Assembly: GCF_902713615.1 (NCBI RefSeq)
Contig: NW_024055497.1
Location: 1,520,420-1,584,419 of the forward strand
Source: Scyliorhinus canicula
Lineage: Eukaryota
Reading direction: 5' to 3'
Length of the DNA: 64,000 bases
Position 1 is the stretch's first letter. The number at the start of each line of letters is the position of its first letter. This document shows, in pieces, positions 22,509 through 35,704 of this stretch. The position numbers were made by a program, and so were the translations under genes. The notes beneath the pieces were generated by a model. It worked only from the letters and a program-made list of their open reading frames with translations. It ran no database searches and was not told where the DNA came from.

Positions 22509-23545
22509 GATGGACACTGGGCTACCAAAATGGAGAACTGCTAAGGCTGTAGGGAGAAAACAGTCTTAGTAAGGACAAGCAGTTTGCAAAAGGCTAATTA
22601 GCATTCTGCACGTATCGAAACCAGTTTATGGCCAGGCGCAAGATCTCAACCAAAGGTGTAAATGGCAACAACGCTTTGCATAGTAATGAGGCGATCAAGA
22701 TCCAGGCCAGCACAATAGATACATTTAGATATGAATAGATACTTTTGAGAGAGGCCCAGACGAAACGGCACCAGAAGTATCCACCACAAAGGACCCTAGA
22801 GACCGCCCCACCCATCGAGAAGAGACCCTCAGATTGGGGGATTTGTAAGATATCGATTGGGAAATGACCCAATCGATACATGGCAGGTAAAGGCCCGCCC
22901 CGAAGAGGCACGGACATTGGGGGACCCTGGTTCTGGGTTCTGTCTGTTGTTGCTCCGGCTTGCTGTTGACCCCGGCCCAGATCTATCTGTTGTTGCTCCG
23001 GCTTGCTGTTGACTCCGGCCCAGATCTGCTGTTTTTGCTCCGGCTCCGCTTCTGACTCCGACTCCAGCCTCCAGATCCTGTCTTTCATCACCGGCCGTTG
23101 AGCACCAGCCATCGTTCAGTAAGTGCCAAAACGATGCTCACTAAGTGAACCCGGCATTGCTTATACTCTAGCCGACTATTAGTGAACAGAAGGTGCAGTC
23201 CAGAAAGGAACAAAGGCCTTGTCCCCTGACTTTGCTGGTTCCTACTTAGATAAGTATTTAGTCGTTTAATAGTAGAAATAAGTATTAGTCTTTAGCGTAT
23301 GCATGCGTATTTATTATATTGGTTATAATAAATATTAATCGTTTGAACTTACTAATCGGTGTACAGTTTTATTACTTTGAACCTGACCTTGATATACTTG
23401 TGAGGTGTCTAAATACGGCACCTGGCGACTCCGAGCTGAAATTACATACACAGAGCTGTAGTAGTGTTAAGCACACGGCCTTTAAACAGAGGCGTGTTAA
23501 TACACTCCAATAAACGCGTAATACACTCAAGTAAAACACGCAACA
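22509..23545 (+). mobile_element. 1,037-bp LTR-like insertion with 21-bp target duplication
   Basis: ggagggaagatcatatgagga at 22488-22508 and 23546-23566. Internal CCAAT and GC boxes, a 43-bp tandem pair at 22943/22986, AATAAA near the end, terminal CAACA. Confidence 0.7.
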
Positions 23546-24864
23546 GGAGGGAAGATCATATGAGGAAAGGCTGATGGACTTGAGGCTGTTTTCGTTAGAG
23601 AGAAGAAGGTTAAGAGGGGACTTAATTGAGGTATACAAGATGATCAGAGGATTAGATAGGGTGGACATCGAGAGCCTTTTTCCTCGGATGGTGATGTCCA
23701 GCACGAGGGGACATAGCTTTAAATTGAGGTGAGATAGACATAGGACAGATGTCAGAGGTAGGTTCTTTACTCAGAGAGTTGTAAGGGCGTGGAATGCCCT
23801 GCCTGCAACAATAGTGGACTCGCCAACACTAAACGCATTCAAATGGTCATTGGATAGGCATATGGACAATAAGAGAATAGTGTTGAGGGACTTTAGAAGG
23901 GTATCACAGGACGGCGCAACATCGTGGGCCGAAGGGCCTGTACGGCGCTGTAATGTTCTATGTTCTATGTTTGTGATATTTAGACCCTAATGAATTAAGT
24001 GACTGTCAGATCTTGATGTTATATTTGGTTCGAGTTGCCCAGCTGCTAATCCTTCCGTTCTAATGCCTGAAAAAGAAGTTTACAAACATAATCACTCTAA
24101 GAATGGGATAGAAATTCACAACAGATCATTCTAGTTTCTATCGAACCTTCTTTCCTCTCTTGCTTTCCCCAAGCATGTGGTTCAGTCAAAATAAAAGACC
24201 AAAATCAGCTAGAAATCCCAAACAAAGTGTAGGGAACCTTCCTAACTGAACCAGAATATTGTTCCCAGTGTCTCTGAAACACTCTGTCCGCTGAGGTATC
24301 CACTGGAAGGTGTCAAACAGTCCGGTGGATATCGCATGCTGCCTCTGCAGGGCCACTGGGAATAGACAAGACCATGGAACAGAAGTCAGCAGCCCGAATA
24401 ACCACTCACACACCTCCATAATAACAATAATCTTTACTGTCACAAGTAGGCTTATATTAACACTGAAATGAAGTTACTGTGACAAATATTTAGTTAAACA
24501 CGGACCTGAATAAGGAAACTTTGCAGCCACCTGTGAAGTTTAAATGTCTCGTAGTGTCAGGATGAACCAGCATTTGAGGAGAATGAACTTGAATTGATAC
24601 AAAGATAAGCATGAGTGAGCATCGTAAACTGCTATTGCATCGGGGTGTTCTGGATCTCAGAGTTTTAACCCGGTAGTTAATTGTCAGGGATGCAGTATAA
24701 TAAACCTTGGACAAAGCAAATGTGTGTGTGTGAGAAGCATCTGAAACACCAGGAACCAGCTGAACCAGCAGAGCTGAATGTCTCCCAGTGCAGCCACAGG
24801 ACTGAACTTATTCCAGCTTCCAAGCCCACCTCAGACCCAACCTCCTGGATTTTCATCTACAAGA

Positions 24865-25835
24865 ACGTTTGAGGACTTTGGGTCTGAACTCGTTGGGGTT
24901 TAGAAGGATGAGAGGGAAACTTATTGAAACTTACAAGATACTGCGAGGCCTGGATAGAGTGGACATGGAGAGGATGTTTCCACTTGCAGCAAAAAATAGA
25001 ACCAGAGGACACCATCTCATACTAAAGGGACGATACTTTGAAACAGAGATGAGGAGGAATTTCTTCAGGTGGTGAATCTGTGGAACACTTTGCCGCAGAA
25101 GGCTGTGGAGGCCAAGTCACTGAGTGTCTTTAGGACAGAGATAGGTAGGTTATTTATTAATAAGGGGATCACGGGGTAGAGCCGGGAGTGCAGGAGGCGA
25201 AAGAGGCCGGTGTGCTGGCCTTTGCGTCCCTAGTAGCCCGGCGAAGGATTTTGCTACAGTGGAAGGACGCGAGGCCCCCAAGCGTGGAGACCTGGATCAA
25301 TGACATGGCGGGCTTTATTAAGCTTGAGAAGGTTAAATTCGCCCTGAGAGGATCGGTGCAAGGGTTCTTTAAACGGTGGCAACCTTTCCTCGACTTTCTG
25401 GCTCAACGATAGGGTACTGGGACAGTAGCAGCAGCAACCCGGGGGGTGGGGGGGGGGGGGGGGGGTGGGGGGGGGGGACGTTGATTATGTTAGCTTATTT
25501 TATTTAAATTTGATTTATCTAATTTTAATTTATGGTTAAGTTCTCTTGTTTGGGGGGGGGGGGTGGGGGAATCTGATACATGTGATGTTACGGTATGGGG
25601 GGAATTGTGGGTGTTATGGGGCTGTTAGTTGCATATTACTGCTTTTTGCTATACTTTTTGTTATATTTTCTGCAAAAAATTCCAATAAAAAAAAAAATGG
25701 AAGAAATAAGGGGATCACGGGTTATAGGGAGAAGGCAGGGGAATGGGGATGAGAAAATATCAGCCACGATTGAATGGAGGAGCAGACTCCATGGGCCAAA
25801 TGGCCTAATTCTGCTCCTATATCATATGGTCATAT
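24865..25835 (+). mobile_element. CR1 3' fragment interrupted by a 5'-truncated L1-type insertion (25176-25704)
   Basis: 17-bp duplication aataaggggatcacggg at 25159-25175 and 25705-25721; ORF2 C-terminus ...WQPFLDFLAQR*, AATAAA and poly(A). Confidence 0.85.
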
Positions 25836-26389
25836 GAGAAACTTCAGAGACTCATGAGAATTATTTGTGTCTAAAAACGCTTCACTCCAACTAAAGAATC
25901 AGCTCAATAAGAAGACAACAGGCCTGCAGCGACATAAAGATTGCAGTCTACATTCCGTTTTCATCATCACACCTTCAACTTCACCTGTACCTAATTTCTG
26001 TGTATGTCAGTGAGTGAAAGAGCCGAGAGACTTAGATGCTCAAACATCCAGGGAAAGGTTGTGAAAATAAATAACTTTTATTCCTTTAAAAATCACCAGT
26101 ACGCCTGCTGCTGAAATGTATTTTAAATAAAGAAATATCACGCTGAGGGTCAGAAAAATCACACAAACATCCTGATAATGGTCGGGAAAGGACCATGAAA
26201 TGTAATCACCCGTTGTATAACCCCCTTCAGGTAGCTATATAGAGGCTGCAGCCTCTCACACTGAATGTATACGTGATCCATTGACACTTCCAGCCTGAAA
26301 ACATCAGCTGCAGCCAGGGAGTGGGTGAAACATTTAAAAAACCTGTTGCAAACGCTTTAACATTAGGGCATTAGGACCCGGCTGGGAAC

Positions 26390-26530
26390 AGAAACCTTCA
26401 GGCCCCGCCCACCAGCTGTTGCGTCACCAAGACGCCAGCGCATGCGCTCTGCTTCCCCAAGATGGTGGCTGTGAAGCAGGTCCCGGGAGAGAGCTGACCG
26501 GCGGTGATGTGACCTGAGGATCACCACACC
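26390..26530 (+). promoter_or_regulatory. Probable promoter of the ZNF gene at 28985
   Basis: GC box ccccgccc, GCGCATGCG (NRF1-like), aagatggtgg (YY1-like), CpG-rich. Confidence 0.5.
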
Positions 26531-26829
26531 TCAGGCAAGGGGCCAGGTTGGAAGGGAAGGCGGTGCCTTCAGGAATAACTGGGATGGTGATGTTTGGTCA
26601 GTTGCTGCAGTCTGTGTAGTGAAGGTGCTGTCACAGTGGTGTGAGATAAGGAAGTACAGGATTATCACCCAGCAATGATGAATTAAGGGGAATGTAAATC
26701 CAGCCCAGGCTACTTTCAGATTGGAAAGGGAGCTGAGGTGTGTCCTTAGAGCTGGTGAATGTTGTGGCTTTGCTAGTTTCTCTGTAAAGTCCTTCTCATT
26801 CATTCACTCTCTTTACAGCACGGATAGAG

Positions 26830-27155
26830 GCTCTTTGGCCCATTCATAATAATCTTTATTAGTGTCACATGTAGACTTACATTAACACTGCAATGAGGTT
26901 ATGATGAAAATCCCCTAGTCGTCACACTTCGGCGCCTGTTCGGGTACACAGTGAGAATTCAGAATGTCCAATTCATCTCACAAGCTCATCTATCGGGACT
27001 TGTGGGAGGAAACCGGAGCACCCGGAAAAACCCCACGCAAACACAGAGAGAACATACAGACTCCCCACAGACAGTGAGCCAAGCGCAGAATTGAACCCAG
27101 ATGCCTATTGCTGTGAAGCAGCAGTGTTAACCACTGTGCTATCATGCTGCCCAGA
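26830..27155 (-). mobile_element. tRNA-derived SINE
   Basis: Family-typical body on the minus strand. Confidence 0.7.
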
Positions 27156-28706
27156 AGATTATTAGATTACTAATTCTGGATGAATTGTGTCCCAGGATGC
27201 TATGGGAGATGAGGGAGAGATTACAGCGGCTCTGAGCCAAAGTTATAACCACAAATTAGACCTGTTTTCGTCAAATATTTAGACAATTAAGGTGTGATCT
27301 GATTGAAGTATTTAAGATATTAAAAGGGAAAGACAGGGTAGATAAAGATAAACTATTTCCACTGGTTGTAGATTCTAAAACTGGGATCATTGTCTAAAAA
27401 TTAGGACTAGACCATTCAGTAGAGTTGTTAGGAAGAACTCCTTCACACACAGGGTGGGAGCGGTTTGGAACTCTCTCCCACAAACAGTAGGTGAAGCTGC
27501 ATCAGTTGTTAATTTTAAATCTGAAATAGAGTTTTGTTAAGCAAATATATTCAGGGATATGGAGTTACGTCACACCAGCCATGATCTCACTAAATAGCAG
27601 GACAGACAAGAGGGGCTGAATGGTCTACTCCTGTCCTTGTGTGTATTTCTGTGATTCTGAAATTCAGACAACACCATGACAGGGAAAGAGTCTGGATTAA
27701 AACCTGAGTTAGTCCGAGCTGCAAACCATCCCTCCAGATCCTTGCCCTTCATGCATTTAATGAAGGTCAAGGCAATAGTTGGATTATTGAAAGACTTGAT
27801 CAAGTTGTTGGAGTCCATTTTTCGGGTCTCACGATAAAGCCTGACGTTATTCACTGCCCACAGGCTTGTGCTGCCTTTGAACTTCATTGAAGCCTCGACG
27901 CTTTGTGTTGCTGCTGAAAAGCAGCTACTCCCACATCCGTATCACATGCCTGACACCCCCCCCCCCCCTCCCCGCCACAGACATATTTCTAATAGAGGGT
28001 GTCGAGGGTTATGGGGAACTGGCAGGAAAATAGAGAGAAAGCTGAGATGAGGAGGGATTTCTTTATTCAAGGATGCGGTGAAGGTTTGGAATTCTCTCCC
28101 CGCGAGGATGCTGGAGCTTCAGTCATCAAGTATTTCCAAGACACAGATTGATAGGTTTCCAGATATTGAAGATGTTGAGGGATATGGAGGATAGTGTGGG
28201 AAAATGGTGCTGAGGTAGATCGGCCAAGGATCTCATTGAATGATTGAGCAGACTCTGTGCGCCGAATGGCCTAATCTTGCTCCTATTCTAATCTCTGTGT
28301 CGTGGTCAGGAAGCAGTGAGCTGAGCTTGCATCTGTCAATCAGCATGAACCAGCACCTTCAGGAGAATTGGGAGGGTGAATATTAGATACAGCAGAGTCA
28401 GAATGGAGGGAGAGTGTATGGGATGGAGATTTACAGCTTTTGGAGAACGAGAGAGGAAATAATGTTCCATCGGAACTAGAATTGTCTGTCTGAGTTACTA
28501 TCCTGTACTAACAATGATGACTTTGGTATATTGTTTTCACAGGATATTAGATGAGGAGGAATTACAGACAGAAATCTCAATGTTACATCACGATCTGACA
28601 GTCACACAATTGCTTGGAACCTGAGTATCATCGGACTCTGAATATCATCTGCCTTTGAATCTAAAAGAAGAATTGATTGCCCGAACTATCAGCTTCTAAA
28701 CATTTC

Positions 28707-28864
28707 AAACATCAGTGTGACTGGAAAAGCACCGAGACCCACACAACACACACCCGAGTGAGAGTGTTCCAGTGAACTGACTGTGGAAACATCAGTGTGA
28801 CTGGAAAAGCACCGAGACCCACACAACACACACCCGAGAGAGAGTTCCAGTGAACTGACTGTGG
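28707..28864 (+). repeat. Tandem duplication of an 80-bp decayed zinc-finger unit
   Basis: Copies start at 28707 and 28787; the second is 2 nt shorter. Confidence 0.9.
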
Positions 28865-28984
28865 AAAGAGCTTTAACCAGTTACACAGCCTGAAAATAAA
28901 TCACACCATTCACAGCGGGAAGAGACGGTACCCGTGTTGTATCTGTGATTGCCCAACCTGGAGAGACACGAGGAAACCCAAAAC

Positions 28985-29968
28985 ATGGAGAAACCATGGA
29001 AATGTGTGGACTGTGGGAAGGGATTCAGATTCCCATCTCAGCTGGAGACTCATCGACGCAGTCACACTGGGGAGAGGCCGTTCACCTGCTCTCAGTGTGG
29101 GAAAGGATTTACTCAATTATCCAACCTGCAGTCACACCAGCGAGTTCACACTGGGGAGAGGCCGTTCACCTGCTCCCAATGTGGGAAAGGATTCTGTGAT
29201 TCGTCCCACCTATTGAGACACCAGCGAGTTCACACTGGGGAGAGACCATTCACCTGCTCCCTGTGTGGGAAAGGATTTGCTGAAGTATCCGACCTGCAGA
29301 AACACCAGCGCGTTCACACTGGGGAGAGGCCGTTCACCTGTTGTCAGTGTGGGAAAGGATTTAGTGAAGTATCCGACCTGCGGAGACACCAGCGTGTTCA
29401 CACTGGGGAGAGGCCATTCACCTGCTCTCAGTGTGGGAAAGGATTTACTCAGTTATCCACCCTGCGGAGACACCAGCGATTTCACACTGGGGAGAGGCCA
29501 TTCACCTGCTCTCAGTGTGGGAAGGGATTTACTGAGGTATCCAACCTGCAGAAACACCTGCGTGTTCACACTGGGGAGAGGCCGTTCAACTGTTGTCAGT
29601 GTGGGAAAGGATTTAGTGAAGTATCTGACCTGCGGAGACACCAGCGAGTTCACACTGGGGAGAGGCCATTCACCTGCTCTCAGTGTGGAAAGGAATTCAT
29701 TGATTCATCCACCCTGCGGAGACACCAGCGAGTTCACACTGGGGAGAGGCCATTCACCTGCTCTCAGTGTGGGAAGGGATTCACTCAGTTATCCCACCTG
29801 TGGAGACACCAGCGAGTTCACACTGGGGAGAAGCCATTCATCTGCTCTCAGTGTGGGAGAGGATTTACTCAGTTATCCAACCTGCGGAGACACCAAGTTC
29901 AAACTGGGGAGAGGCCATTCACATCTCAATGTGAGACGGGATTGCACATTTCATCGCACCTGCTGTGA
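28985..29968 (+). CDS. Tandem C2H2 zinc-finger protein (10 intact fingers plus 1-2 degenerate; no KRAB/SCAN)
   Basis: ATG GAG AAA CCA TGG start and TGERPF linkers. The last exon begins at acceptor ttttcacag (exon start 28543). The ORF-track start at 28949 is a TTG. Confidence 0.88.
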   Translation: MEKPWKCVDCGKGFRFPSQLETHRRSHTGERPFTCSQCGKGFTQLSNLQSHQRVHTGERPFTCSQCGKGFCDSSHLLRHQRVHTGERPFTCSLCGKGFAEVSDLQKHQRVHTGERPFTCCQCGKGFSEVSDLRRHQRVHTGERPFTCSQCGKGFTQLSTLRRHQRFHTGERPFTCSQCGKGFTEVSNLQKHLRVHTGERPFNCCQCGKGFSEVSDLRRHQRVHTGERPFTCSQCGKEFIDSSTLRRHQRVHTGERPFTCSQCGKGFTQLSHLWRHQRVHTGEKPFICSQCGRGFTQLSNLRRHQVQTGERPFTSQCETGLHISSHLL

Positions 29969-30649
29969 CACCAACAATTTCACAATTGATTACAGGGTTT
30001 GGATTCTGCTGTTATTGTTCCTGCTCTACACCCAGAACTGCATTTTGTTCATTCTGACAGGTGATCAGTGGGGATGGTCGGAGGGTTTCTTTCTGCTGGA
30101 CTGGCTGATCTCACAACTTTGCCTCCAGTGGGCTGATGCTCTTTGAGCCTTGTTGCTAATAACTGGCTTCAAATTTCACAAGGATCACAGAGTGAAAGGG
30201 GGTTTGGAAGTGTGAAGATATTTAGTTACTATTTCTGTTTGGTACCCCGCCAAAGCATGCCACATTGCCATGGAGATGGGCCCTGGTGGTTACATGGTTC
30301 TTGTGTTTAATTTATCTGGGTGTTCCTCACAGAAGAAAACTATCAGGGTACGAGGGGCAAGTTGTCTGAGGTGGATGGGAAACTGATTGGTACCGGGAAT
30401 ACCTAATATTTAAGGAATTATTACATATTTATCAGGGGGTTGATGATGCAGAGCGAGGCCAACAGTGAGGATTCAACTCCCGTACTGGCTGAGTTTATTG
30501 ATGAAGGCCCGGCCTTCTCAATCAGGCCCCTCGCCTGAGGTGTGCTGACCCTCGGGTTAAATCGCCTCCAGTCAGCTCTCTCTCTGTCAATGGCGAGAGC
30601 AGCCTATGGTCCTCTGGGATGTTTGCAACCTTTTATTCACATATATACA

Positions 30650-32845
30650 ACAAATATAGATTCCTTTAAGGAACAAATATCCAACAGGAAAAGTGATGCA
30701 ATCTTGGTTAACAAGAAAAGTTAAAGATTCCATGAGATCCATTAGAATTCAGCAAAGGAGGACCAAGAAACTGATGAGAGCAAACTGGCGAGAAAGATAA
30801 AAACCGAGTGGAAAAGCCTCGACAGGAATGTGAAAAGGAAAAGATTAGCAAAAACCAATGTGGGTCCATTCCACACACAGACAGGAGAGTTTGTAATGGG
30901 AAGTAAGGAAATGGCAGAGAAACTAAACAATGTGTGTCTGTCTTCACAGAGGAAGATACAGAAATTGTCCCTAAAACACCAGAGAACCAAGGGACTGGCA
31001 GAGATTAGTAGTACTGGAGAAATTAATGGGGCTGGAAGTGAATAAATGCCCAAAAGCTGATTATCTACATCCCAGAGTGTTGAATGAGGTAGCTGTAGAG
31101 ATCTCTATTCCGCATTCTAAATTCCCCTGACTCTATCTGGAACGGACAAACCTTTGTCTGAGCAAAACGTTTCCTTTTTACGTAGCCGTAGTAGCTTCAA
31201 CAGTCCATTTTTATGTATTTTGCTAGTTCACATTCTATTCTGTTCTCCCTTTGTTTCTCGGTGTCTTGGTTGAAGAACGGAAGTAAATCCTCGGGAATGA
31301 ATCATCACTTTGGACAGATTCTGAGACAATTAAGTTTTGACTTCCAGGACAGAGTAACTATAATCGTGGAGTGTGATTATAGTTTATGTAAAAGGGCAAA
31401 GTTCTATTTTATAGTTTAATGTGTAGGCTTCTGAGTTAAAGTAGCTTCTAAAACCAAAGAGAAAATGCTGGAAAATCTCAGCAGGTCTGTCAGCATCTGT
31501 AGGGAGAGAAAGGAGCTCACGTTTCAAGTCCAGATGTCCCTTTGTCAAAGTAGCTTCTAGTTTGTTTGTTGCATTAAAAGTCATAAAACGTGAAGTCCCG
31601 TCGTGTGATCCTTTAATTTGTTGACTGGGAATTTGATTTTTTTTCCAACAAGTTCCAACAACTAGCCTTTGACAAGGTGCCACACAAAAGGTTGCTGCAT
31701 AAGATAAAGATGCATGGCATTAAGGGTAAAGTAGTAGCATGGATAGAGGATTGGTTAATTAATAGAAAGCAAAGATTGGGGATTATTGGGTGTTTCTTTG
31801 GTTGGCAATCAGTAGCTAGTGGTGTCCCTCAGGGATCCGTGTTGGGCCCACAATTGTTCACAATTTACATAGATGATTTGGAGTTGGGGACCAAGGGCAA
31901 TGTGTCCAAGTTTGCAGATGACACTAAGATGAGTGGTAAAGCGAAAAGTGCAGAGGATACTGGAAGTCTGCAGAGGGATTTGGATAGGTTAAGTGAATGG
32001 GCTAGGGTCTGGCAGATGGAATACAATGTTGACAAATGTGAGGTTATCCATTTTGGTAGGAATAACAGCAAACAGGATTATTATTTAAACGATAAACTAT
32101 TAAAGCATGCCGCTGTGCAGAGAGACCTGGGTGTGCTAGTGCATGAGTCACAGAAGGTTGGTTTACAGGTGCAACAGGTGATTAAGAAGGCAAATGGAAT
32201 TTTGTCCTTCATTGCTAGAGGGATGGAGTTTAAGACTAGGGAGGTTATGTTGCAATTGTATAAGGTGTTAGTGAGGCCACACCTGGAGTATTGTGTTCAG
32301 TTTTGGTCTCCTTACTTGAGAAAGGACGTACTGGCACTGGAGGGTGTGCAAAGGAGATTCACTAGGTTAGTCCCAGAGCTGAAGGGGTTGGATTATGAGG
32401 AGAGGTTGAGTAGACTGGGACTGTACTCATTGGAATTTAGAAGGATGAAGGGGGATCTTATAGAAACATTTAAAATTATGAAGGGAATAGATAGGATAGA
32501 TGCGGGCAGGTTGTTTCCACTGGCGGGTGAAAGCAGAACTAGGGGACATAGCCTCAAAATAAGGGGAAGTAGATTTAGGACTGAGTTTAGGAGGAACTTC
32601 TTCACCCAAAGGGTTGCGAATCTATGGAATTCCTTGCCCAGTGAAGCAGTTGAGGCTCCTTCATTACATGTTTTTAAGGTAAAGATTGATAGTTTTTTGA
32701 AGAATAAAGGGATTAAGGGTTATGGTGTTCGGGCCGGAAAGTGGAGCTGAGTCCACAAAAGATCAGCCATGCTCTCATTGAATGGCGGAGCAGGCTCAAA
32801 GGGCCAGATGGCCTACTCCTGCTCCTAGTTCTTATGTTCTTATGT
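30650..32845 (+). mobile_element. CR1 fragments (about 30650-31110 and 31672-32845, the latter with an open 357-aa RT C-terminus)
   Basis: [25 protein letters not shown], (cttatgtt)n tail. A 96-bp Penelope-terminus insert with 13-bp duplication (31438-31450, 31547-31559) lies between them. Confidence 0.85.
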
Positions 32846-32849
32846 TAAG

Positions 32850-33240
32850 TTGCTGACCTTTACGGAGATCCTTATCTATAAGTTTTGAATCTCTATTTGA
32901 GCCTCGAGCACCTTTCTGTCTCTCTAGTGCTTGTGCCAATGCTGTTCTCACGTGTAATGGTGGTCCCCATGCCCATGATCTGGCACGTCTTGCAGAGGTT
33001 GCCATGGCAGGGTTGTGCAGTGTCGTAGTCGCTGTTCTGAAGGCTGAGTAGTTTGCTGTAAACAATGGTTTGTTTGAGGTTGCGCGGTTGTTTGAAGGCA
33101 GGTAGTGGGGATGACCGTGGCAAGGTGTTCCTCTTCAGCGATGACATATTGAAGGCTGTGAAGAAGGCTGTCCTGGCTTGACACTATTCACACTTCTTTA
33201 ACCTGTGATTATCCCTCTCTCCAGTCGCATATTCTATTAC
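32850..33240 (-). mobile_element. Penelope-like element fragment
   Basis: PLPAFKQPRNLKQTIV...QPCHGNLCKTC, the linker before GIY-YIG; homologous to 63880-64000. Confidence 0.75.
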
Positions 33241-33289
33241 AGCAATTAACTTTTAACAGGAAAATATTTGAATTTGTTGGGACTTTTCC

Positions 33290-34720
33290 TGATTACATTT
33301 ATTCACTTGAGGGGAAGCTGCAGATGTGCTTTACCTGGATTTGCAGAAGGTATTTCCCAAGGTGCCACATTAAAGGTGATTACACAAAATAAGAGCTCAT
33401 GGTGTGGGAGCAACACATCAGCATGGATAGAGGACTGGTTAGCTAACAGGAAGCAGCCAGTAGGCATAAATGGGTCATTTCTGGGTGGGTAAGATGTGAC
33501 AAGTGGAATGTCACCAGGATCAGTGCTGGGCTCCCATCCATTTACAATCTGTATGAATGTGTTGGATGACGGGATTGAATGTCTGCGGCTAAATTTTCTG
33601 ATGCCTCAAATTCAGGCAGGAAAGTAATTTGTGAAGTGAATTTAAGGAGTCTGCAAAGGACTAAAAGTAGGTTAAGTGAGTGGGCAAAAATCTGATAGAT
33701 GGAGCCTAACTTTAGAAAATGTGAATTGTCCACTTTGTCAGGAAGAATTAAATAAAACAATATTATTTAAATGGAGAGATATTGCAGAACTCTGAGATAC
33801 AGAGGGATCGGGGTGCCCGATCTCAAGTAAGTCTGCAGGTACAGCAAGTGATTAGTGAGGTCCATGGAATTGTTTATTGCAAAGGAAATGGAATATAGGA
33901 ATGTTTTGCTGCGTTGGATAGAGTCATAGAGGTTTATAGCATGAAAACAGGCCCTTCGGCCCAAATTGTCCAGCCCACCCAGTTTTTACCACTGAGCTAG
34001 TCCCAATTGCTCGCATTTCGCCCATAACCCTCTATACCCAGCTTTCCCACATAACTGTCTAAATGTTTTTTAAAAGACAGAATTGTACCCGCCTCGACTA
34101 CTGCCTCTGACAGCTTGTTCCAGACACTCACCACGCTATGTATGAAAATATTGCCTCTCTGGACCCTTTTGTATCTTTCCCTTCTTACCTTAAACCTAAA
34201 ACCTCTAGTTTTAGACTGCCCTACCTTTGCGAAAAGATGTTGACTATCTACCCTATCTATGCTGCTCATTATTTTATAGACCTCTATAAGATCACCCCTC
34301 AGCCTCCTGTGCTCCAGGGGAAAATCTCCCAGTCTATTCAACCTCTCCTTATAACCCAGAGCATCAAGTCCTGGTAGTAACCAAGTAAATCTGCACTCTT
34401 TAGTTTAATAATATCCTTTCTATAATAGGACCAGAACTGTGCACAGTACTCCAAGTGTGACCGTACTAATGCCTTGTACAACTTCAGCAAGACGTCACAA
34501 CTCCTGTATTCAATGCTCTGACTAATGAAGCCAAGCATGCCAAATGCGTTCACCACCACCTTGTCCACCCGTGACTCCACTTTCAAGTAGCTATGAACCT
34601 GTACTCGTAGATCTCTTTGTTCTATAACTCTCCCCAACTCCCTACCATTAACTGAGTAGGTCCTTCCCCGATTCGATCTCCCAAAATGTACCACCTCACA
34701 TTTATCAAAATGATTTATTT
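33290..34720. mobile_element. Two degenerate CR1 fragments (about 33290-33920 +, 33925-34720 -)
   Basis: RT C-terminal motifs in broken frames. Confidence 0.75.
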
Positions 34721-35044
34721 TGCACCTTTAAGGATAGATTGAGTGCATAGCTAGAGAATGGAATTATTCAAAAAGACATGACTGTGGAAAGATAGTCATT
34801 GTTTCAGAGAAGGAATAATCTATTGCCATGTTTGCAGAAATTCAGACATTGTTTCATAACAATTTGCATCAACGTTTCATGTAACGATTAAGACCATTGT
34901 ATTCCATTACATTTAGTATGAAATACTTAGCAAGGTTAATGCAAGTACCATATCTTTGTAAGGTTGGCACAGGTGGCTGGTGCACGTGCATCCTGAATTA
35001 ATTTGATGGACATTAGGAAATCTTAAGTAATGCCCAATGTTTGA

Positions 35045-35290
35045 ATAATAAATCATTTTCTTTTTTTAAAATAAATTTCGAGTGCCCAATTAATTTTTTC
35101 CAATCAAGGGGCAATTTTGTGTGGCCAATCCACCTACCCTGCACATCTTTGGGTTGTGGGGGTGAAACCCACGCAAACACGGGAAGAATGTGCAAACTCC
35201 ACACGGACAGTGACCCAGAGCTGAGATCGAACCTGGGACCTCGACGCCGTGAGGCAGCAGTGCTATCCACTGCTCCACCGTGCTGCCCGT
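35045..35290 (-). mobile_element. tRNA-derived SINE
   Basis: gggcagcacggtggagcagtgg head on the minus strand. Further copies lie at about 36905-37085, 37905-38180, 38440-38570, 50690-50920, 58610-58815, 59360-59650 and 60840-61190. Confidence 0.8.
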
Positions 35291-35704
35291 AATAAATCAT
35301 TTTCTAAGTCACAGACATTTATTTGAATAAATCAGGAGGTCCCAGCTGAGAATTAGAAACCAATGAGAGTAAATGAGGGATTAGGCCATTAGTAAGAATT
35401 TCTTTAAGAGTAAGACTTTGTGGTTAAGGTTTTGTTCCGAATTTATGCTTTTATGAACTTATGAACCATCTATTGATTTTTGTTTGAAGTAATTTTCTTC
35501 ATACTTTTCTTCTGCTTTTGTTTACATCTTTTCGCTATGCTCTGACTAGTTTATGTATTATTTTGATCAACGTTTTTGATTTTGTTTTCATGCAAATGTA
35601 TCAAGGTGAATGATTAGCAAATAAAATTATATTTTGGACATCTCCAATCAACCGAGCTTCTGATTCTTATTTGAAGATAGAATAAGAGATCGTAAAGAGT
35701 GTAA

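Larger units (their letters stand above)
17800..23970 (+). mobile_element. Outer CR1 LINE (pieces about 17800-18567, 21657-22508, 23546-23970) split by two insertions
   Basis: RDSQH|GFVKGRSCLTNL rejoins across 18567/21657. YEE|RL rejoins across the 21-bp duplication. Ends in a (gttctat)n tail. Confidence 0.9.

Noticed and set aside
28772-28860. Conserved TGA at a zinc-ligand Cys position as possible selenocysteine or readthrough
   Set aside because: The segment is out of frame with the main ORF and carries other stops and indels in the paralogs; a shared ancestral lesion is simpler.
29265-30146. 293-aa and 253-aa (56700-57461) alternative-frame ORFs over the ZNF genes
   Set aside because: Stop-free shadow frames are an expected by-product of tandem C2H2/TGEKP codon usage.
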